A stretch of 64,000 nt of DNA from Nostoc sp. (GCF_036917095.1 NZ_JBALFH010000002.1:35074-99073), one strand, 5' to 3'; positions 26,956-37,196 are shown, counted from the stretch's first letter. Notes: generated by a model from the sequence alone, not told the origin. Made by a program: numbers and translations.

Positions 26956-29900
26956 AGTTTCACTCCGTGAATGAAATGGGTTAGTCGAGTTAGCGGGTAA
27001 TAAACTGGCCCATACAGGGTTTTGATCAGCCTTCCAGAAGCACCACCTTTATTGATTGCGCTGCCCAAGAGCTTGCGGGCAGCTAACAAAATAGAGTTTT
27101 GCTCCGAATCCCCAGACGAATTTCCCTTTGCGGTTTCTGGCATAAACGCGGCATCTACAAACCAGACAACTGTTTTGCGACCACCGCGAGTACTACGTCC
27201 GATTAATTGAGTTAAATTAACCGTTAACGTCCAGATAAGCGGCGTTTTGAGCGCAATTTTAGCGATTTTATCAGGTAATCGAGAAAAAATTTGCGGGATT
27301 GTAAGAAAAGTGTCTCGTGCATGTCGAGCATGTCTCTGAATAACCTCGACGGCTAGTTTGTCGATGATATCTATCGTTTCCTTATTAACCCCACTGATAA
27401 CTGTTTGATTATCGTCTGGGCTAGGGTGCTGTCTAACAGCAATCACCATACCACCAAAGTATGGCTCTCCAGTCAAGGGATGCATCATGTTAATAGCACG
27501 AGATATAGCACCCATTGGCGCAATTAAAAACTCCTTACCACGGCCTGGAAACTCAGTGAGTTTAGACCGAGAAACCTGATCGTCTGAAACCCAGCGACCA
27601 TCTTGAACAACGTAAGATGCCCTATCAAGATAGGGATTTTTTAGAGAATTGTAAAACGCCTTAGCTTCTGCATAGCTATTTGTCACAATTAGCAGATTTT
27701 TGCGATCACTACCAACATTTGCTGCTAAATAATCTTGAAATTGCTCAAGTAGTGGCTTACCTTGTTTGCTTTTACGGCAAAGTCCTGCAATCATCCGACT
27801 AATGTTCTCCTGCCGATCATCCCCTTGACTACCGGAGATAAAGACAGGATTTCCTGCATCATCGACAACGGGGCAATAAAAGAATTCACTGTCATGCGCT
27901 ACCGCTTTAGACTTCTCAGGAGGCGGTTCAATTAACAAAGTTGGCTTTAATTGCACATGAAAAGGATATGATTGTTCAGTATTTCCTGAGTAACTAGTTG
28001 CTGATGTAACTAACAAATTTGCTGGAGTCAGCCCATCTATGCTGAAGATAGAATTCCATTGGCTTAGAAGTGACCTACCCAAGGCAATCCCGCGAAATAT
28101 TCTAAGTTGTCTGTTGAGGAATTGAGCGCTAGTTACGGAACCAACAGGAGAATTAGGTAACAAGCTTTCAAAGTCACTTGGAGGGGTCATTGGTAAGGTA
28201 GATTCCAGGTCAACGCTAGCGTAACCTCTAGCAGATACGTGTTTACCTAATGCACCTAATACATGGGCTGCATAAATGGCTAGTTGCAGTAATTTAGCAA
28301 GGTTGTCTATGAAGCGCTCGACATCAGATTCTAGTTGTTCAAATTTAATATCCCATCGCGTTGTTTGAATAAACTTTTTGCAGTTAGGATGGGGTACTGT
28401 AGTGAGCAAGTCTCCTGCTAATAATGCTCCAGAAACTAATGCTAAACGTTCTGCAACTACTGTGTCACTAGAGTTAAGACCAATGGTGTCAGGGCTAACA
28501 GGATTATTTTGTATTCGCTTAAAAATTTCACGGTAGCGATCGTAGTTACGCTGATATTTAGATAAGGTTTGTTTTCGGATTTTGTTAGCACTACTTTGAA
28601 CATGTGCTAATCCTGAAAGTTGTTCAGCTAATTTATCAAAAAATGTCCAAGCTGTAAATAATCTTCCTTCCTGGGTATATGCTTTTAACAGGTTTTCAAT
28701 TTCTTGACGGGAACTTTTACCTTTAATTGTGTTTGTAATATTTCTCATCAAATACATTAAAGCCCCAATTCCTCGGTTGGCTAAATGTCGTTGATCTTCT
28801 GACTGTTCTAAATAAGGATCGCGGTATCTCCCTGGCACAACCACTTCGCCTTCCATCAGACCATGTACATGTTGATAAGATTCAGTTCTTGTCCATGTAT
28901 CTTGCAACAAATCGAAAGATGCAAGTGTCTCTGTAGGATAGAAAATTTCATCTAGCTTGGGTTGAGCAAGATCAACTTCATCAATGATTAACAAATCTGT
29001 TGTTAGTGCTAAATATTCAAGGATGGTAATATTTTCAGTCAAATTGTGTGGAGCAACTTTCTTCTGAATAAACCCTTGTAAAGTTCCAACTATGAGTTGG
29101 GCATTTTCTAATGTATTAGCTTTAATATGTCTGGGACAGATAGGAGCTAGGGGACAACTATAAACCTTATTCGGATCATTAACATCTTGTAGCTTGCCGA
29201 AGCATGGTGGTCTGCTACGCTGACCACTTGATGTTTGTGGAATCTGAGGCTGTGCCAAGCTATACAATGGACAGGATTGTGACAGCCATTTGAAACCAGG
29301 ATGGGTGAAAGGCTGCTGTTTGTTACTGAACATTACAGCCTGATTTAATCGGCTGAGGTGCTTGTGTCGTTCCGATTCTCCAATAATCGGAACTGCCCTG
29401 ATCCCAACTTTTTGAGCAAATTCAAGCCAGTTTTGTACTTCACCTACACTATTTGTAGCAATCGCAACTCTTTTATTGCTATCTACCAAGAGTGCAACTA
29501 GGCAATCAATTAGGGTGGATTTGCCACTTCCAGTCGGGCCTAAAATATGACCTTCTCCATCAATAAAAATCTCTCTAGCTTCTTGATCCTGTTGAATATC
29601 CCAATAGGTTGACTGATTAAGTATTTGCCCTGCGTCGTACCCTAAAATAGGTTTCAATTCAGTTCCTTTCTTAATCAAATCAGCTAGGGGTATTTTGATG
29701 GACTGACGATCCTTGGAAAGATTAATGCTGGGAATTTGAGTGGCATACTTTACACCAATATTGGCAATTTCTTTTGAAATTCTGATTGTGCGCGTCTGCT
29801 GTGGATTAATGTTGAACTCGTAGTCACCAGCCGGGGCTGGTCTATATTTCGTTTGCCGAAACTTTAATGGCTCTTGAGTCAGCAGCCTTTCGTATAGGTC

Positions 29901-30284
29901 ATACCGAGCCAATGCCATCTTTTTAGTTGGCGTAATTTTGTTGCTTGGGTAGTCGATGTCAAAACCTAGCCAACCAGAAGCCGAACTTTTGGCAACGTCA
30001 TCATAGCTACGGAGAGCAATTTCCCAGCTAATTGAACTACGGAATTCTGGCGCTAAATGGCGTAGATGCTTCAAGATATCCCACTGTGCATCTGTCGTAC
30101 CTGGCTCTCGGTAGCCTTGCATCAGTAAATGTGCTTTCCGAATAGCTTGGTCAGGGAAATGAGTCCACAGAGCATGAAGCATTAATTCTGTACGGGCAAA
30201 ATCGGAAAATTTCATCTCAATCGGTGGTGATTCACCTCCCATTACTTTTTTTAGCGCCTCATTCAAAGTACTGCTATCTCTCAC
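26952..30284 (-). CDS. DinG/XPD-like superfamily-2 helicase with a putative 4-Cys Fe-S insertion and a long N-terminal extension
   Basis: 1110 aa with Walker A GPTGSGKST (249-257) and Walker B IIDEVD (433-438). Cys338, Cys361, Cys377 and Cys383 lie between them. A motif VI-like QLIGRSTRGGRK sits near the C-terminus. The GTG start overlaps the upstream stop (GTGA). Confidence 0.7.
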   Translation of the reverse strand: MRDSSTLNEALKKVMGGESPPIEMKFSDFARTELMLHALWTHFPDQAIRKAHLLMQGYREPGTTDAQWDILKHLRHLAPEFRSSISWEIALRSYDDVAKSSASGWLGFDIDYPSNKITPTKKMALARYDLYERLLTQEPLKFRQTKYRPAPAGDYEFNINPQQTRTIRISKEIANIGVKYATQIPSINLSKDRQSIKIPLADLIKKGTELKPILGYDAGQILNQSTYWDIQQDQEAREIFIDGEGHILGPTGSGKSTLIDCLVALLVDSNKRVAIATNSVGEVQNWLEFAQKVGIRAVPIIGESERHKHLSRLNQAVMFSNKQQPFTHPGFKWLSQSCPLYSLAQPQIPQTSSGQRSRPPCFGKLQDVNDPNKVYSCPLAPICPRHIKANTLENAQLIVGTLQGFIQKKVAPHNLTENITILEYLALTTDLLIIDEVDLAQPKLDEIFYPTETLASFDLLQDTWTRTESYQHVHGLMEGEVVVPGRYRDPYLEQSEDQRHLANRGIGALMYLMRNITNTIKGKSSRQEIENLLKAYTQEGRLFTAWTFFDKLAEQLSGLAHVQSSANKIRKQTLSKYQRNYDRYREIFKRIQNNPVSPDTIGLNSSDTVVAERLALVSGALLAGDLLTTVPHPNCKKFIQTTRWDIKFEQLESDVERFIDNLAKLLQLAIYAAHVLGALGKHVSARGYASVDLESTLPMTPPSDFESLLPNSPVGSVTSAQFLNRQLRIFRGIALGRSLLSQWNSIFSIDGLTPANLLVTSATSYSGNTEQSYPFHVQLKPTLLIEPPPEKSKAVAHDSEFFYCPVVDDAGNPVFISGSQGDDRQENISRMIAGLCRKSKQGKPLLEQFQDYLAANVGSDRKNLLIVTNSYAEAKAFYNSLKNPYLDRASYVVQDGRWVSDDQVSRSKLTEFPGRGKEFLIAPMGAISRAINMMHPLTGEPYFGGMVIAVRQHPSPDDNQTVISGVNKETIDIIDKLAVEVIQRHARHARDTFLTIPQIFSRLPDKIAKIALKTPLIWTLTVNLTQLIGRSTRGGRKTVVWFVDAAFMPETAKGNSSGDSEQNSILLAARKLLGSAINKGGASGRLIKTLYGPVYYPLTRLTHFIHGVKL

Positions 30285-31324
30285 TTCAAAACTCCCTTGA
30301 CACGCTTAATTAATTCTGACTCTGAAAAAACAGGCAAATTTCCCTTATACCGACTTTTAAAAGCTGCTTGGTATGCTAAATTTGTCCATCGGTAATCTGG
30401 GATTACAAAGAATGATTGAGATTGGCCAATATTTGGAATCGTATCTTGATTTAATTCTCTAGCTAACATGGTGGCGCTTCCCCAATCTTTCGCGTCAATT
30501 GCCCAAATATCTCCAGTCGGTAGTGTCACTTTCAGATCAGCCTTGTCTAGTTCTGGCCATAGTTCTACTTGCAATCCCATTTTTTCGAGAGTTCGAGCTA
30601 AACGCAATTCTATGAGCGAAGGTCTAATTAGGCAGATGACGGTATCTTCTATCGGTGCTCTATCTACTCGTCCTTCTAATGGTTCACAACAGCCTTCGAT
30701 ATCTCGTGCGGCACAATCCAAATATCCACCGCAAGTCTTGCATAATGGCATTGACTCAGATTGCGGTGGTGCATCCCGATATGCTTGCATCAATAGGTCT
30801 AAAACTGGATCGATATCAGGATTATTAGAGCGAAATAAGGCAATTATTAAATCCGAAGGAAATGGGTTCTCAGCAATAAATCGACGGAAAAGTGTGTAGG
30901 TACTGTGGGGTAAGCTAAGTCGTTCAATTTCTGCCATTAGGCGTGGAATGTAGCTTTGATTCTGCTCTCGTTCCAAATTTAATGCGTATCTGCTAGCCCA
31001 AGCTTCGCATTCTTCTGAGGGGCGCGTCATATTTCCAATTAATGGGTCTTCAGGATAATCGACGAATTCGGAAAAGTCTGGCTCAACTGCCTCTACTGAC
31101 TTTCTGGCCCCCTCAACCATACACAATATAGCTGGATGTCGCATTTCCTCATCCCGCAGTATCCATTTCAAACTCAATCCTTGAAATGCTTCATATAATG
31201 GCTGTGGAAACGGTTGTGAGTCCTCGACTAGATAAGCTGGCTCACCTCGGTTAATGCGATCGCAAATCTGCACAAGTCCTTTACATAACTTGATGAGCAG
31301 AATTTCATCCTCACTGAATTGCAT
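30281..31324 (-). CDS. PD-(D/E)xK (restriction-endonuclease fold) protein with a Cys cluster. First gene of the three-gene island.
   Basis: 347 aa with E239...D272...D277-A-K279 (LPTGDIWAIDAKDWGS) and the cluster C195-x2-C198-x5-C204-x7-C212-C213. Confidence 0.6.
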   Translation of the reverse strand: MQFSEDEILLIKLCKGLVQICDRINRGEPAYLVEDSQPFPQPLYEAFQGLSLKWILRDEEMRHPAILCMVEGARKSVEAVEPDFSEFVDYPEDPLIGNMTRPSEECEAWASRYALNLEREQNQSYIPRLMAEIERLSLPHSTYTLFRRFIAENPFPSDLIIALFRSNNPDIDPVLDLLMQAYRDAPPQSESMPLCKTCGGYLDCAARDIEGCCEPLEGRVDRAPIEDTVICLIRPSLIELRLARTLEKMGLQVELWPELDKADLKVTLPTGDIWAIDAKDWGSATMLARELNQDTIPNIGQSQSFFVIPDYRWTNLAYQAAFKSRYKGNLPVFSESELIKRVKGVLK

Positions 31325-31475
31325 ATCCAGACTTTTATATAGCGATATTGACCGTTATTTTAATACGTTTGAACTACTTTTTAGACTTTAAGAATATTTA
31401 TAATCACGTTATTATTCATCGAGGTAGACTAAATGTTTATAGCCCCCTCGATTTCCCATATAAATTTACCTTTAA

Positions 31476-33203
31476 CTAATACTTCCGCTCTTTTGGCTCA
31501 AACATAGTAATCGCCACCGGACGATATTGAATGTCAATTCCCGCAGGTGAATAGTAAGCCATTGTGTGTTTTAGAAAGTTAGCATCATCTCGCTCGGAAT
31601 AATCTTCGCGGAAGTGTGCGCCACGGCTTTCTTGACGATTCAGGGCTGATGCTAAAATCGTTTGTCCCACTACCATCAAACTTCGCAATTCTAAGGCTTC
31701 CACTAGTTCGGTATTCCAGCAGCTACCTTTGTCATCTAAATAAATTTGTGGATATCGCTGTTGTATTTCTTCTAGTTTGTGCAACCCTTCACTCATTAAT
31801 GCCTCAGTGCGGAAGACGCCACAGTAATCAGTCATACAATCCTGGAAGGCTTGACGAACTTGATTAATGCGATACTGTCCTGGTTGTTCTAACAAAGCTT
31901 GGATTTGTTGCTGTGCTTCCCTTACATATCGTTGCTCATCCACAGAGGGTAACTTACGTTTTTGTACAAATTGTGCGATCGCAGCCCCAGTTCGCTTACC
32001 ATAAACTACACACTCCAGCAGAGAATTACTCCCCAAGCGATTCGCTCCATGTACGGAAACACAAGATGTTTCGCCAGCCGCAAAGAAAGCCTCAACTAAA
32101 CCATCGCCACTACTGCGGACTTGCCCATCAGTATTAACTGGGATACCACCCATACAATAATGAATTGTCGGGCGAACTGGCATAGGTTGAGTTACCGCGT
32201 CAACGCCTACTAAACGGTGTGCTTCTTCCCAACAGAAGGGGACGCGACTCATAATTTTTTCTTTGCCCATATGACGTAGGTCAAGATAGACAAAGGGGCC
32301 ACCAGCACTTCCATCAAGATGAATACCACGGCCGGCGCGAATTTCGTAAGCGATCGCTCGTGAGGTAATATCACGAGGAGCTAGTTCCATGCGACTGGGT
32401 GCATAGTTCGCCATAAAGCGATCGCCTTCACTATTGATCAGATACGCCCCTTCACCCCGTACTGCTTCTGAAATCAACACGCCTACGGGATATAAACCAG
32501 TGGGATGAAATTGGACAAATTCCATATCTTCAAGGGGCAAACCTGCGATCGCAGTCATTGCCAAACCATCACCCGAAGAAGCGTAATCATTAGAGGTGGT
32601 GTTATAAACGCGACCATAGCCCCCCGTGGCAAACATCACCGCCTTGGCTCGCACCACCTCTATACGTCCATCCAAAAGATGGAACATCACCACACCCTTC
32701 GCCTCATTTTCTTCCAAAATGAGACGCATCACATACCATTCTTCATAAACTTGCACCCCATAACGCCGCAAATTGTTAACCAATTCGTGCAAAATCGCGT
32801 GACCGGTCTTATCAGCGGCATAGCAAGTGCGGTTGTGGGAATGTCCGCCAAAAGCCCGTTGGGCAATGCGCCCATCGGATAAGCGAGAGAACAAAACGCC
32901 CATGTGTTCCAAGTCAATCACCACATCTGGCGCTTCCTGGGTGAGAATTGCCACAGCATCTTGGTCTGCCAAGTAATCAGAACCTTTGACAGTATCAAAA
33001 GCATGTGCTTTCCAACTATCTTCTGAATCAACATTTCTCAGCGACGCAGCCATACCACCTTGAGCCGCCACCGAGTGGGAACGAATTGGGTGGGTTTTGG
33101 CAACCACAGCAATATTTAAACTGGGGTCAGTGCGGGCAATTTCCACAGCAGCGCGACATCCCGCCAATCCACCCCCGACAATAATCACATCGTGTTCCAG
33201 CAT
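31476..33203 (-). CDS. sdhA: Succinate dehydrogenase/fumarate reductase flavoprotein subunit
   Basis: 575 aa with the FAD motif [15 protein letters not shown] and the covalent-FAD His region [14 protein letters not shown], and [13 protein letters not shown]. Confidence 0.9.
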   Translation of the reverse strand: MLEHDVIIVGGGLAGCRAAVEIARTDPSLNIAVVAKTHPIRSHSVAAQGGMAASLRNVDSEDSWKAHAFDTVKGSDYLADQDAVAILTQEAPDVVIDLEHMGVLFSRLSDGRIAQRAFGGHSHNRTCYAADKTGHAILHELVNNLRRYGVQVYEEWYVMRLILEENEAKGVVMFHLLDGRIEVVRAKAVMFATGGYGRVYNTTSNDYASSGDGLAMTAIAGLPLEDMEFVQFHPTGLYPVGVLISEAVRGEGAYLINSEGDRFMANYAPSRMELAPRDITSRAIAYEIRAGRGIHLDGSAGGPFVYLDLRHMGKEKIMSRVPFCWEEAHRLVGVDAVTQPMPVRPTIHYCMGGIPVNTDGQVRSSGDGLVEAFFAAGETSCVSVHGANRLGSNSLLECVVYGKRTGAAIAQFVQKRKLPSVDEQRYVREAQQQIQALLEQPGQYRINQVRQAFQDCMTDYCGVFRTEALMSEGLHKLEEIQQRYPQIYLDDKGSCWNTELVEALELRSLMVVGQTILASALNRQESRGAHFREDYSERDDANFLKHTMAYYSPAGIDIQYRPVAITMFEPKERKY

Positions 33204-33291
33204 AATTAGCCCCTGATTGCAAACCCTGCTGTTCTATTGTAGAGAGGTGATTAATCAGGTATGCGTTGCGATTGTTGTCGTGGCGTCTCTA

Positions 33292-33321
33292 CAAAAAAAT
33301 TCCCTGCCTATAGACAGGGAA
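33292..33321 (-). terminator. Rho-independent terminator after the 106-aa membrane protein gene
   Basis: The hairpin is ttccctgcctatagacagggaa. On the minus strand it is followed by TTTTTTT. Confidence 0.6.
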
Positions 33322-33413
33322 GTTATTACAAATTTTTAAATTAGAAGTGAAAAGTTAAAAATCAAGAGTTATGGGACAAAGGGAGTGACTCATAACTCAT
33401 AACTCCTAAATCT

Positions 33414-33734
33414 TTAGCTAGTTGCTTGCACAGGTTGTTGCTGAGACACATTACCTGGCATAGGTTCCATTTTGGTTTCAGGCCCTACAGGAGTGAGTTC
33501 AATATGATTTAACAAGGTAGTGACAAACGCAAACAACAAGAAAGGTAGCGATAACAGAACGACCAGACCCGCTGTTGCTAAAGCGTACACGGGTCGCTTG
33601 GCACCCATTAGCGCCAAGGCTGATGCCAAACTTAGGGTAATTGTAATCAACCAAACAATTATTTGACCGTAGATATCACCGAAAGTCAGGGTACAGACAA
33701 ACCGATACTTTTGAATATTATTTCCGATCATCAA
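33414..33734 (-). CDS. Hypothetical small membrane protein (two TM segments)
   Basis: 106 aa with hydrophobic stretches IIVWLITITLSLASALALMG and LATAGLVVLLSLPFLLFAFVTTLL. Confidence 0.5.
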   Translation of the reverse strand: MMIGNNIQKYRFVCTLTFGDIYGQIIVWLITITLSLASALALMGAKRPVYALATAGLVVLLSLPFLLFAFVTTLLNHIELTPVGPETKMEPMPGNVSQQQPVQATS

Positions 33735-34666
33735 ATTTGCCTCAAGTCTCTCCTAATAGGTTCTACGTTAGAACCATGTTTGTCTTGTAGACAATTTCTA
33801 AATATTTTTGCAAGCTTTGTAATATCACTTCACAATCAACTTTTATTGTTACAAAGCGCAATTCCTAGTAGAGAATGGCGTAAACCAACCATAGCCTACG
33901 GCAAGTCCTTCTCCTGTAGTCGTCAGAGTTGCTATGCTGTTGGCGTCCCTTGCGCGTGTCGCAGGCAAGCCTCTCATTCACGTTAGCGTCTTTGTTCGTG
34001 TAACATTGACCATAGGAGAAGAGAAGGCTTTACGCTGTGCGATCGCTATCATTGACGCTTGTTCGCACAGCGTCTAGTAGAGAAGTGATGGTAGGTAGCT
34101 TGTCACTCGAAAGAAGCTTTTGCTTTTGCGCCATGTATCATAATTCATAGCCGCAGTGTGCTTGGCTAAGACTTTTTATTTTTCTCGTATTTATTGAAAC
34201 AATAGAGTTATCATTTTGTCGTTCCAATTAATATAATCGCTATAATTTCCCTCCAGACGCGATAGTCTCAACTAGCCCCAGCACTTATGAAGTAAAGCAA
34301 AATGGTTTTGACTCCTCAACAATTAGAGTTACAGCACAAATGCCAATGTGCTGAAGAGTTCGCACAAATACTAAGAAAGCTCAGTGTTGATGTAGACTAA
34401 GTTTTTTGATAAAAGTTTTCGCAATCCTGATGACCTCTTTAACAAATAGACTCTTTGTCTAAAGCCAAGAGAATTTTTGTCATCTGTCAAATTCCAGATA
34501 TCCAGGATAAAGTATTTAATTTTTTGCTAGTAAATATTAAGTAGATAAAACCAGTAAAGTCAAGATGTAAAAACCAATTTTTTGGTGTTAAATTTTGAGT
34601 ATTGCCCGAATTTGTTGACTGAAATCAACAAAATCCTTTATTTTCCGTGGCAATATTGTTCTAGGA

Positions 34667-35608
34667 GTGAATGTGAATAATATTTTTCTTCGTAAAGGTG
34701 TGTTTTGGTTGCCAAGTATCGCTGCTTTTGCAGTCCTGAGTAGCGGCTTATCTGCAAGTGCCCAGACAGCTGACAAAGCGAACAGTCAGGCATTAAACGA
34801 GCCTTCCGCAACCGTCGCGTCTCCCAACGAGTTTAGTACAGAACTAGACATTGCAAGTCAAAATGTCTCTCCAAGTGCCCAGACAGCTGACACAGCGAGC
34901 AGTCAGGCATTAAACGAGCCTTCTGCAACCGTCGCTTCTCCCAACGAGTTTAGTACAGAACTAGACACTGCGAGTCAAAATGTCTCTACAGAAACAACTG
35001 AGACATCTACAATCACAAATTTAACTAAGGTAAAAGAAAATGGCAGTGTAACGCCTACACCTTTTCCAGGCACAGTGGCAACCTCATCTGCGACACTCAC
35101 TTCTGAGCCTGTGCAACCGACTTCTCAAACTACTACTCAACCATCTGCTCCCAAAGTGGCGCAATCGGATATTGATTTAGGTAGAACGACCCGTGGCGGT
35201 AGCAGCTATGTTGGCGTCGCTGCTAACATTGGTGTGAGTGGTGGAGACTCATCTTTAGGCGACGGTAACTTTGCGGTAGTTAGCAAAATCGGACTGACAA
35301 ATTCTATCTCTGTGCGACCCTCAGCCGTATTTGGTGACAATACTACAGTTCTACTTCCTATCACCTACGATTTTTCCTTCAAGTCAGCAGATGCTTTTAC
35401 CGAACCCTTAGCTATTGCACCTTACGTCGGAGTTGGTGGAGCTTACAAAACTGGTGATGATTCGCAATTAGCCTTTTTGGTAACTGGTGGCATTGATGTG
35501 CCTCTAAATTCTCAATTTACGGCAACGGCTGCTGTGAATGCTGGATTTTTTGATGAAACTGATATTGGCTTGTTGTTAGGAGTTGGTTACAACTTCACTG
35601 GCTTTTAA
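34667..35608 (+). CDS. Secreted OMP-like beta-barrel protein with tandem 39-aa N-terminal repeats
   Basis: The signal peptide ends ...LSASAQTAD. The C-terminal about 150 aa alternate in beta-strand fashion and end in ...GVGYNFTGF (terminal Phe). The start may be GTG 34673, 5 nt after AGGAG. Confidence 0.6.
   Translation: MNVNNIFLRKGVFWLPSIAAFAVLSSGLSASAQTADKANSQALNEPSATVASPNEFSTELDIASQNVSPSAQTADTASSQALNEPSATVASPNEFSTELDTASQNVSTETTETSTITNLTKVKENGSVTPTPFPGTVATSSATLTSEPVQPTSQTTTQPSAPKVAQSDIDLGRTTRGGSSYVGVAANIGVSGGDSSLGDGNFAVVSKIGLTNSISVRPSAVFGDNTTVLLPITYDFSFKSADAFTEPLAIAPYVGVGGAYKTGDDSQLAFLVTGGIDVPLNSQFTATAAVNAGFFDETDIGLLLGVGYNFTGF
34757..34990 (+). repeat. Two tandem 117-bp units inside the OMP-like gene
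   Basis: The unit agtgcccagacagctgaca... starts at 34757 and again at 34874. The copies differ at only a few positions. Confidence 0.85.
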
Positions 35609-35685
35609 GAGTTAGAAGTTATGAGTTAGAAGTTAAGAGTTCGTAATGTTTTACTCCTAACTCTTAACTCATAACTCCTAACTTT

Positions 35686-37005
35686 CTACTTGGGGGTAAC
35701 TTTGTCAATTACCTTGATTTTGCCATCGTCTCCTACTGTCCAAACATCGTAAACACCGACGACATCGCCGTTAGCATCAACATCTACATTGCCACTTGCT
35801 CCTTGGTAGTTAATCTTAGTGCCAGCTTTAAGTAACTTCAGCCCCTCGCAGACATCGGTAACTTCTGTGCCAGGCCCATCAGCCACTTCACGGATTTTGC
35901 TAGCTATACCAACACCTGTATTTTCCTTAGCAGCTTGTGCTGCCAATATCAATAAAGCAGACGCATCCCAAGCTTGAGGAGCGTATTCTCCTGGCGCACC
36001 ACCCTTTTTATCCTTCCACAATTTGTTGAAAGCTTCTAGTGCTTTGCCATCGGAACCGGGTACTGTACCGATCGCTCCAGTTAAAATAAATTTATCACCA
36101 TCTTTGCCAACTTGTTCTGGAAAAGTAGGTGATTTCACCCCATCTGTCAGTAAAATTTGCACTCCCTTCGTCACACCTTGCTGATAGGCGGCTTTCAAAA
36201 ACAGACTACCAGTTTCCGCATAAAGCACAGCTAGGACTGCATCTGGTTTACCAGCAAAAGCAGCGGACGCTTCTGTATCAAATGTCTGGGCTTTTGGGTC
36301 ATAGCGGACAGGCTTACCTTTATTAACGACAGTTCCACCCAATTTTTCAAAAGTTTGCACAAATGCTTTTTCAAAGCCAACGCCATAGTCGTTATTAATT
36401 ACAACTGTAGAAACTCGCTTGAAACCCTTTTTTCTGGCAAGTTGGGCTAAAGCTAGTGCTTGGTAGGTATCAGGGGGAGCAGTACGCGCCCAAAAGCCTT
36501 TATAGTCGCCTTTTTGGGCCTTTTCAGTAAAGACAGGACTGGTACTACCAGGGGAAACTAGCATTACTTTATTCGGCGTGGCAACAGAGACTGCTGCACT
36601 AGAAACGCTACTGGCAAATGAACCAACTACACCTGCTACTTTATCTAAAGTTGCTAGTTTGGTCATCCCAGCAGCACCATATCTGGGGTCGGTTTGGTCG
36701 TCTACTTGCACCAAAGTAACTGGTTCGCCATTCACCCCACCGCAAGCGTTGACCGTATCGACTAGTAAAGGGACAGAACCTAGCATCTGCTGTCCAACAG
36801 AAGCTAAGTCACCTGTTGTCGGTAACAGGGAACCAATTTTTAGCCCTTTAGCACTGCTTGTGGTAGTTGAGTTTGCCGCTGGGGTAGCGCTACTTCCATT
36901 GTTAGCTGTGCCATTGGGGGTACTATTTTCGCTACAAGCCCCAACTAGGAACCCAATTGCTAGGGTAGCTATACTGAAGGTTAAGGCGGCGCTAATTTTT
37001 CTCAT
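35686..37005 (-). CDS. ABC transporter substrate-binding lipoprotein, LivJ/NatB-like (Peripla_BP_6)
   Basis: 439 aa with a lipobox LVGAC and type I periplasmic-binding-fold motifs (IGSLLPTTGDLASVGQ..., VVGSFASSVS). Confidence 0.75.
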   Translation of the reverse strand: MRKISAALTFSIATLAIGFLVGACSENSTPNGTANNGSSATPAANSTTTSSAKGLKIGSLLPTTGDLASVGQQMLGSVPLLVDTVNACGGVNGEPVTLVQVDDQTDPRYGAAGMTKLATLDKVAGVVGSFASSVSSAAVSVATPNKVMLVSPGSTSPVFTEKAQKGDYKGFWARTAPPDTYQALALAQLARKKGFKRVSTVVINNDYGVGFEKAFVQTFEKLGGTVVNKGKPVRYDPKAQTFDTEASAAFAGKPDAVLAVLYAETGSLFLKAAYQQGVTKGVQILLTDGVKSPTFPEQVGKDGDKFILTGAIGTVPGSDGKALEAFNKLWKDKKGGAPGEYAPQAWDASALLILAAQAAKENTGVGIASKIREVADGPGTEVTDVCEGLKLLKAGTKINYQGASGNVDVDANGDVVGVYDVWTVGDDGKIKVIDKVTPK

Positions 37006-37196
37006 AAATAACTTTGACTCCTTAGATATTTAGGAGCCTACAAGTAAGATTCAAACTAGATTTCTCAGTTAGCTGGATCTTATCAGGACTCCAAAAGATA
37101 AATCATATCATCCATCTTTAGGAGTAGAAATATTTACCACCAGATTAGTATTACTGTTATACACAGAATATGCTCTGTGTATTAAAAGCTCGAAAA

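Noticed and set aside
33735-34666. 930-bp gene-free region as a possible ncRNA or riboswitch locus
   Set aside because: It contains fragments of dispersed Nostoc-type repeats (for example gcgtcccttgcgcgtgtcgcaggcaagcctctc and cgcacagcgtctagtagagaag). I could not identify a conserved RNA motif or a promoter/terminator pair by eye, so it is left unannotated.
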